From IMG/VR virus record IMGVR_UViG_3300037117_000093, positions 1 through 58,168 of that record: a DNA stretch of 58,168 bases, one strand, 5' to 3'. The translations under genes and the position numbers were made by a program. The DNA comes from a virus (Duplodnaviria; Caudoviricetes). The notes under the pieces were generated by a model. The model had not been told where the DNA came from. It worked only from the letters and a program-made list of their open reading frames with translations, and did not search any database. This document shows positions 53,954 through 58,168 of the stretch, in pieces; the stretch's first letter is position 1, and every line of letters begins with the position of its first letter.

Positions 53954-54406
53954 TCAGAATGCCGCCGTCCCGCCGGGACGCAGCCCAAATGCCGTCACAA
54001 GGCCGCCAAGCCCCATCGGGTCCGGCGGCAGGTCACCGACGCGCTGCGCGGCCTTCTTCTCCGCCAGCCGCGCCAGCACCGCCTGATATGCCTCTTCCTC
54101 GGTCTGCGGCTTCGGCTGCCCCGCAGCAGCGCCGTCGAACCGCGGCGCCGGGTCGCGCGTGTGCGATACCCCGGCGGCCGGCGGCTTGTACTTATGCTCG
54201 GCCGCGACGAACCAATCAGCCGGCGGCGTCTGCGACCATTGCGCGTGTAGGAGCTTGTACCAGCGCAGCGACAGGTCGCGCTTTATGACGCGAGGATGTC
54301 CGCCGCAGATGTTTCGGACGGCAAGCTCGGCGCAGAGCTTGTCGATGTCCCAGTCCCAAGATCGGCCGCCGGAGGCGCCACCGGCGTCTCCGGGATCGGA
54401 AAACCC
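53954..54406 (-). CDS. Tail assembly chaperone, frameshift (T-like) segment
   Basis: -1 frame entered at GGGTTTT. Confidence 0.75.
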   Translation of the reverse strand, partial: GFSDPGDAGGASGGRSWDWDIDKLCAELAVRNICGGHPRVIKRDLSLRWYKLLHAQWSQTPPADWFVAAEHKYKPPAAGVSHTRDPAPRFDGAAAGQPKPQTEEEAYQAVLARLAEKKAAQRVGDLPPDPMGLGGLVTAFGLRPGGTAAF

Positions 54407-54720
54407 GAGGCGCGCAACAGCCCGTTCATCTGGCCCGCGAGTTGCGCCGCCTCGCCGCCGGTGCACATGCGTTTCAGGACTTCCGCCGTCAGGTCGCGCC
54501 GCGCGGCTGGACCTGGATTCGCAAGTTGGTGCGCGACGATCGCGATCACGTGGCCGGCGTAATCGACCCAATAGAGGCCAGCATCGAGCGCTTGCATCGA
54601 CGCTCTGGTTTCCTCCAGATCGGCGAAACTCAGTGCCGGCACGTCAATATCGACGCCGCCGATCCTGAATTTGACCGTCTCGGGCGGCAGCGCCATGAAT
54701 GTCCGTTGCCGTCCCGCCAT
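54283..54720 (-). CDS. Tail assembly chaperone (G-like)
   Basis: Between tail tube and tape measure genes. Confidence 0.8.
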   Translation of the reverse strand: MAGRQRTFMALPPETVKFRIGGVDIDVPALSFADLEETRASMQALDAGLYWVDYAGHVIAIVAHQLANPGPAARRDLTAEVLKRMCTGGEAAQLAGQMNGLLRASGFPIPETPVAPPAADLGTGTSTSSAPSLPSETSAADILAS

Positions 54721-54766
54721 CGCCGGCCCCTTCAAAGTTGAGGCCGACGATATAGCGCAACTATGA

Positions 54767-55519
54767 TCAGAACGCCATGCTCAACGATCCAACCACATTC
54801 GCGGCGTTCGCGAAGGAGCTGAAATCCAGTTCCTCGTACCAGTAATCATCGAGGCGCGACGGGAAGGTCAGCCGGCTGCTGATGCACTGGTTGAGCACGA
54901 GCTCAAGTTGGTAGCCCTCGAACACGTCCACGAGTGTCACGGAGAACCGCGGCGTCGTGCCCATGAAGGGGTTGCCGATGGCGATCGAATTGCCGGTCGC
55001 CACGGTGTAATCGTAGTTGACGAGGACGCCGGTGCCGATATCCGCCGACGCAAAGGTGTAGACGCCGGTCGACGCCACGAATGCATAGACCCCGATGCCG
55101 GTCGCCGTCGATCCGGCGGTAAGCTGGACACCCGTGGCCGTGTAGAAGACGCCCTGATCGGAGAGCGGCGTCGATGACGACAGTGCGACGGTGTAGCTGA
55201 GCGCGGCCGTGCCGGGAATGAACGCCTCGCCCGGCGGGATAGTGATCTTCGTCTGACCGGCGCTGAGGGTCTGCCCGAAGAACAGGTCGTTGAACGTCGC
55301 GGCCTGAAGCGTCGCCACCTTCGCCTTCCCGGTGATCTTCGTCTTGCCGCGCGCCGCGTCCACCGGGTATTGGTAGGAGCCATAAAGTTCTTTCACGTCC
55401 CCACTGAACTCAATAGTTATGTCCTGCAAGGTACCGAACCGCCGCGGAGTAGCGATGAGCGGCGCGAGGTCCGTTCGCGTGCCGGTCATGAAGCCGGCGC
55501 CAAACCCGAATTGACTCAT
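54767..55519 (-). CDS. Major tail tube protein
   Basis: FGFGAG; KELYGSYQYP..ARGK.KI.GKAK; synteny. Confidence 0.85.
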   Translation of the reverse strand: MSQFGFGAGFMTGTRTDLAPLIATPRRFGTLQDITIEFSGDVKELYGSYQYPVDAARGKTKITGKAKVATLQAATFNDLFFGQTLSAGQTKITIPPGEAFIPGTAALSYTVALSSSTPLSDQGVFYTATGVQLTAGSTATGIGVYAFVASTGVYTFASADIGTGVLVNYDYTVATGNSIAIGNPFMGTTPRFSVTLVDVFEGYQLELVLNQCISSRLTFPSRLDDYWYEELDFSSFANAANVVGSLSMAF

Positions 55520-55540
55520 ATCGATCTCCACCGTGAGGGC

Positions 55541-55571
55541 AAAAGAAAAGGGCGCCCCGCGAGGGACGCCC
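55541..55571 (-). terminator. Terminator-like hairpin before tail tube gene
   Basis: GGGCGTCCC-TCGC-GGGGCGCCC followed by TTTTCTTTT. Confidence 0.65.
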
Positions 55572-55615
55572 AAGTTTTGGAAGGAAACGCGCCGGCCGCA
55601 GCCGACGGCGGCAGC

Positions 55616-55861
55616 CTACCGCTTCATCAGTTCCGTTTCCAGCATCGTCTTCAACTGCGGCAGCGCGGCGCCGAGATGGTTCCACGCGGCGGCTGACTGC
55701 GCGAGCGGCGAGTTTCGGACATAGCGGTCGATCCAGGCGGACGACGCGACCGTCCAGGCGATATCGAAGCTCTCGCCAGCGGTGATCGGCGCAGCCTCGG
55801 CGCCAGGTGCGGCTAGCCCGTGTTCGTCGGCGGTGAAGCCGGTCGTCGGTGCTTCGGACAT
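55616..55861 (-). CDS. Hypothetical protein
   Basis: GAGGGAG RBS; RNSPLAQ motif. Confidence 0.65.
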   Translation of the reverse strand: MSEAPTTGFTADEHGLAAPGAEAAPITAGESFDIAWTVASSAWIDRYVRNSPLAQSAAAWNHLGAALPQLKTMLETELMKR

Positions 55862-55871
55862 TGGTGCTCCC

Positions 55872-56372
55872 TCAGAAATTTGTCGATGTCGGAAGTAGGA
55901 TGCGAACGGGAAGTACCAAAAGGCCCTGCCCATCGATATCCCCCGGATCGCGGACGTAGTTGCTCGCGGTCGGATCGATCCTGACCCAGCCGCTCGGGTC
56001 GAGCAAGCCGCCCAAGGTCTGTTCGTTGCGCGCGGTCCCCGGCGGCGGTTTCAGCACGGCCTCGATCGATCCGGTGAGCGTGTCGAGGATCTGATCGCCG
56101 ATGATGTCGTCATCGCCTGACGGGAAGAAAACCCATGCGCCGGCCAAAATGTAGATGCGAGGCGGTAGCCCACCGCCCCGGCGCTCATAGGTTTCGTGAT
56201 GTTGCGCTATAAACAAAGCGGGTTGCTGAGATTTGTCAATTGCTCCAAACATCTTCAACCGCTGAGACGCATAGGCCCACGTAGAAAATGAATTTATAGG
56301 CTCACCAAATGTCGCAGTTTTAAGCAAATTGAATAGTGACAACTTAACTTGCGATCTAAAATCAAGGGGCAT
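55872..56372 (-). CDS. Tail terminator-like protein
   Basis: QQPALF; QTLGGL; DPGDIDGQG; TAATG coupling. Confidence 0.75.
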   Translation of the reverse strand: MPLDFRSQVKLSLFNLLKTATFGEPINSFSTWAYASQRLKMFGAIDKSQQPALFIAQHHETYERRGGGLPPRIYILAGAWVFFPSGDDDIIGDQILDTLTGSIEAVLKPPPGTARNEQTLGGLLDPSGWVRIDPTASNYVRDPGDIDGQGLLVLPVRILLPTSTNF

Positions 56373-56923
56373 TACGATATCCTGGCGAAATCGCCATGCA
56401 ACTCTTTTGCCGCCCTTACATATTTTGCCGCCCTTACATATGTCAAGTGCGCCGCTTCTGGTGTCGAGTGCAGCCCCAAATACTGCCGTTCTCCGTTGAG
56501 GGAAATCGCGGCTTGCCAATAATCCTTACCACTGCAGCAAACTTTGTAGACGCCCTTAAACCCGCTGGAGTTGTTGGACTGCGCGCGACGATTGCAAAGA
56601 TTTTCAGATCGGTTTGCTTCGCGAAGATTATCCCATGCGTTATTAGTTGTGTCTAAATCGATATGATCTATTTCATCAATCGGCCAAGCTCCGGTCATCC
56701 AAAGCCAAACCAACCGATGAGCAAAATAATGTTGGTAGTCGATGACGATAAGCACGCGCCCAATGGCATTCACGCAGCCGGCTTGTTTCCCCGCAAATCG
56801 GCCATTCCATTGCTTGCGTTGGTCAGATCGATGTCGCCAGCGGAAGATGCCAGTGATCGGATCGTAATCCAGAACCTCTCGTAACCGCTCTGCGGTCATG
56901 CCGTCCCGCCGCGCGGCTGTCAT
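56372..56923 (-). mobile_element. HNH homing endonuclease with AP2 domain, copy 2
   Basis: YDPITG; AHRLVW; IDHIDLD..NNAWDNLR; SGFKGV; HGDFA. Confidence 0.9.
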
Positions 56924-57459
56924 GCGTTCGACCCTCCGCTCGCGACCCCGCGCGCCACGGCCGCCTTCAACTCGGCGAATATCGCCGGCCGCAGGTCCGC
57001 GAGGCTCGCCCGAGCATATGATCGCTCGGGGAGCGGCGGGTGATGCACCCGCATGGCGAACACCGTATCGCTCAGCGCCATCTTCCCGGACGCCAGCACG
57101 CTCGCCAGCGCCTTCCCACCGGACAGGAACGCCAGCACGCGCGCGTTGACCGGCACGATGTCATAGGCGGCCTTCCCGCCGTATTCCTGGACCCGCGCGT
57201 ATGGCGTCGGCCCGACCGAAACCTCGCCGGACACCTCGCCGAACCCGACTTCCACGCGGCTCTGCACCGATCCGACCAGCCGGCCCGATCGCGAGAACAG
57301 CGGATTGCCGCTCGTCAGCCGCTCGATGATCCGCGCCTTCAACTGCCCGGTCAGCATCTCGACGCTGGCGACGATCTCGGCCTCGACGCGCTCCGGCATC
57401 GCCGAAAGCGTGGCGACGACGTGATCCAGGTTCTCGATCTTGATTTCGATGTCGATCAC
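56920..57459 (-). CDS. Tail completion/neck protein (HK97 gp10-like)
   Basis: RSGRL..S; YARVQEYGG; VHHP..PERSY. Confidence 0.75.
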   Translation of the reverse strand: MIDIEIKIENLDHVVATLSAMPERVEAEIVASVEMLTGQLKARIIERLTSGNPLFSRSGRLVGSVQSRVEVGFGEVSGEVSVGPTPYARVQEYGGKAAYDIVPVNARVLAFLSGGKALASVLASGKMALSDTVFAMRVHHPPLPERSYARASLADLRPAIFAELKAAVARGVASGGSNA

Positions 57460-57674
57460 GGCCGGCTCTCCACCGCGCTCTCGTAGACGCCCGTATGCCG
57501 GAACGCAGCCTCAAGCTGCCCGATCGCCGCGACCGTCGCCGCGGTCCCGTAGCGCTGCCAGAACGCGAGGATGCGGTCGGCGTCGATCGGGAACGGCGAG
57601 TGCGCGATCAGGCGCCGCGCCTCCGCGGGGAGGTCGTCGTAGGCCGAAAGCTCATCGCGGAAGTCAGCCGGCAT
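57456..57674 (-). CDS. Small hypothetical protein (DUF6525-like)
   Basis: AYDDLPAEAR..PFP. Confidence 0.5.
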   Translation of the reverse strand: MPADFRDELSAYDDLPAEARRLIAHSPFPIDADRILAFWQRYGTAATVAAIGQLEAAFRHTGVYESAVESRP

Positions 57675-57806
57675 ATCAGCGCTCGTGGTCGGAGGTTTCC
57701 CAATAGAGCGACCCGAATGGCGCGCTCCGATCGCAATCGCGATAGGGATCGTCGATCAGGAACGCCAGCGCGCGCAGCCAATTGGCGATCTTCATGCGCA
57801 GGCGGC

Positions 57807-58168
57807 TCAAACGGATGCTCCCATCGCAGGTGGGATGACGGAGCAATACGGCCCCAGCGTCGCCTGCACGAACTTGTTGATGGCCGAAAGATCGTAGGAC
57901 ATAACCTCTTGCCCGGCAAGCGACTGGCTGCGCACCCCGACGCGCCGCCGATACGACGCGCGCTCCGAAATGAACTCGATCGCAGCCTGCTCCACATCCG
58001 CCGGGATGAAGCCGTAGCTGATCAGCAACCCGGTCGAAACGTCCGCCGCGTTGAAGGTGTAGGCCGTGGTCGGCGATGATGGCGCGTCCGGCGCCGGCGC
58101 AACGTACTGTCCGACACCTGGCGCGCCGCTTGTGATGGCCGTCAGCGCGGCGCCGGCCCCGGCATAGG
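57807..58168 (-). CDS. Head-tail adaptor protein, C-terminal part
   Basis: YGFIPADVEQAAIE..R..GVRSQSLAGQE.MSY. Confidence 0.75.
   Translation of the reverse strand, partial: YAGAGAALTAITSGAPGVGQYVAPAPDAPSSPTTAYTFNAADVSTGLLISYGFIPADVEQAAIEFISERASYRRRVGVRSQSLAGQEVMSYDLSAINKFVQATLGPYCSVIPPAMGASV

Overview
The whole window is tailed-phage DNA (siphovirus-like, GC-rich). The host is probably an alphaproteobacterium, inferred from GcrA-like and GapR-like proteins and a GTA-type DUF2460/DUF2163/NlpC-P60/Phage-tail_3 tail tip. Read right to left on the - strand it holds: head-tail joining genes, tail tube, frameshifted tail chaperones, tape measure, tail tip, lysis cassette, a + strand early/recombination operon (RecT, HIRAN, LRR-like repeat protein), a DNA metabolism block (RuvC, intein-containing C5 MTase, primase, SNF2-like helicase, HNH, N4/N6 MTase, AAA helicase), a second + strand early operon, an SF2 helicase, the terminases, a portal-pyrophosphatase fusion, a TPR-glycosyltransferase/DUF5672/methyltransferase trio, and a run of signal-peptide-bearing fibre/tailspike-like proteins. 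No capsid, protease, integrase, reverse transcriptase or CRISPR array is visible. Best novelty candidates: (1) a standalone ubiquitin-like gene plus an E2-like stub between terL and portal; (2) an exported tailspike-like cluster next to a glycosylation trio; (3) a tRNA-shaped element embedded in frame in recT; (4) a 20-aa repeat protein that varies at only two positions. All family calls come from motif recognition by eye; no database searches were run.
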